64,000 bases of DNA from Adineta vaga (lineage: Eukaryota; Animalia; Rotifera), in the NCBI GenBank assembly GCA_021613535.1, contig CP075494.1, forward strand, positions 5,394,001 through 5,458,000. The letters run 5' to 3'. The notes beneath the pieces are model-generated. The model was not told where the DNA came from. It saw only the letters and a list, made by a program, of their open reading frames with translations, and searched no databases. Both the position numbers and the translations under genes were made by a program. This document shows, in pieces, positions 62,690 through 64,000 of the stretch. Numbering within the stretch: position 1 is the first letter of the stretch; the number at the start of each line of letters is the position of its first letter.

Positions 62690-64000
62690 CATATATTTGA
62701 ACGATTCATAAAGTATTGAGAGAACAATAAAACTACCAACGGTTGTAATTAACCCAAGCATTCTTTCAATTGCTACAACTGTTGATGATGGATCTGATGA
62801 ACGACAAAATTTGCTTGCTTGAAACCATTTGATTTTTTAACGTATCGAGTACACCAAATTCTCGTAATGCTAATATATTTACATCTAAAATTTGTTCATA
62901 CAAACAATTTTTCGAAAAAATAATTCAAAACGACGTTTGATCAACAGCTGTACCTACTAGAGTCAAGTTGCAATACACACTACTTGTGGCAAATTTTAGA
63001 ATTCCTGAGTCCATAATTGAAGCATCAATATTATTATTTAATAATTATGCATACATATCTTCTATGGATAAATCTCGAGTAATAACACATAATGAATTTT
63101 CGAATATTGCATTGGTAAAAGCTACTTTTCTCTTCGTGCAGCAACTAACATATCATAAACATTATTAACTAAAGCATCAATAAGCCCATTGTAAGTTGTA
63201 TTTTCTGATAATATAATAATAGTCAGAATAAAACCCATTCTCTTTTGCAAATAATCAATGATGTTTGGCATGTAGACAATCGCTTTCTTTGTTATTTGGC
63301 TATTTTTGTTTCTGATTTCAGTTGTCATTATAAATGGAGCTGTTTTAACAACGGCTATTCGTAATGGTACACCTGTAATTCGTGCATATCCTGTTCGTAC
63401 GACTAATGCTTGAACAGACCAAACAATTGTATTCGTTTCCATAGGTGGTATCCATTCTCGCAAATTAGATCATGTTAAAACTGGATTATACTTTAAACCA
63501 TTTGAAAATTGCTGCATATTTCGTGCAACATAATAAAGTCCATCAGTTCGATCTATAACATCGAAAAAAACTTTCGAATTAAGAAATTGCCGAGTGAAAC
63601 AATCGGATGTATTCATTTCGTGCCCAAGTTGCTTCAAAAGCAAATAATGTTCTATTAAAAGGTGCATTCACAATACTTCCGATGACTAATTAGTTCGACA
63701 GTGAGCATTTCAGTCAATTTTTTCATGATAATGGTGTTCGAACGAATCAAACAAAATCTTGGAACTTGAAATCCGTACCAATTGAGGACCAAGAACGTTC
63801 GCATTGAGAGCATCACATATATGATGATAATTCGTGTTGGACTATTTGTTAGAAGACGTTTAAAATCACTACAAATTCGATGTGTTACAATATCATAGAC
63901 AATCATATTGGAAACTTGTAAATTATATAAATTAAACGCTTTGCTGATTGCTTTTGTTCCGCTAGTTCTAAAAGCATCGTTTTGATAGATTATTATAGCT
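62690..64000 (-). pseudogene. Ionotropic glutamate receptor pseudogene lacking the pore region
   Basis: ATD remnants, then S1 (PLRIAVVKTAPF...TYNGLIDAL...RREK-VAFTNAIF) fused directly to late S2 (IDASIMDSG...CNLTLVG...LDVNILALREFG...KWF) and M4. Several stops and frameshifts; the 5' end is outside the window. Confidence 0.82.

Noticed and set aside
63122-63906. Three separate small genes or a transposon at the right end
   Set aside because: They are frameshifted pieces of one iGluR pseudogene.

Overview
AT-rich eukaryotic genomic DNA with many short (about 50-65 nt) GT-AG introns. The gene content points to a bdelloid rotifer (Adineta/Rotaria-like): ART-TPR, NHL-EGF-TM, FG-GAP, bacterial-type Kelch, intronless rhodopsin GPCR and many bacterial/fungal-looking enzymes. 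This assignment is an inference from family content, not a database match. There is no CRISPR array, rRNA or operon. The largest gene is absent from the supplied ORF track: an intronless minus-strand ORF of at least 2120 codons (6360 to <1). It encodes an NLR-like protein with a putative N-terminal four-helix bundle, a NACHT NTPase and a helical solenoid, and three NACHT regulatory motifs are substituted. The first ~31 kb is dominated by conflict/immunity-type modules: the NLR-like gene, a pseudo-ART-TPR, a 28-blade FG-GAP receptor, two caspase-like relics, a tandem pair of ubiquitin-like + Cys-rich proteins, a GPI/Ly6-like protein and a solo ART, interspersed with a two-cysteine PhzF enzyme, an aldo-keto reductase and an orphan secreted peptide. 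The rest holds intron-rich genes (neprilysin, TRPM-like channel, sialidase, PLAC8, cyclophilin, SDR, PLC), a GPCR, Kelch and NHL-EGF genes, and internally deleted P450 and iGluR pseudogenes. Exon boundaries were read by eye and need RNA-seq confirmation.
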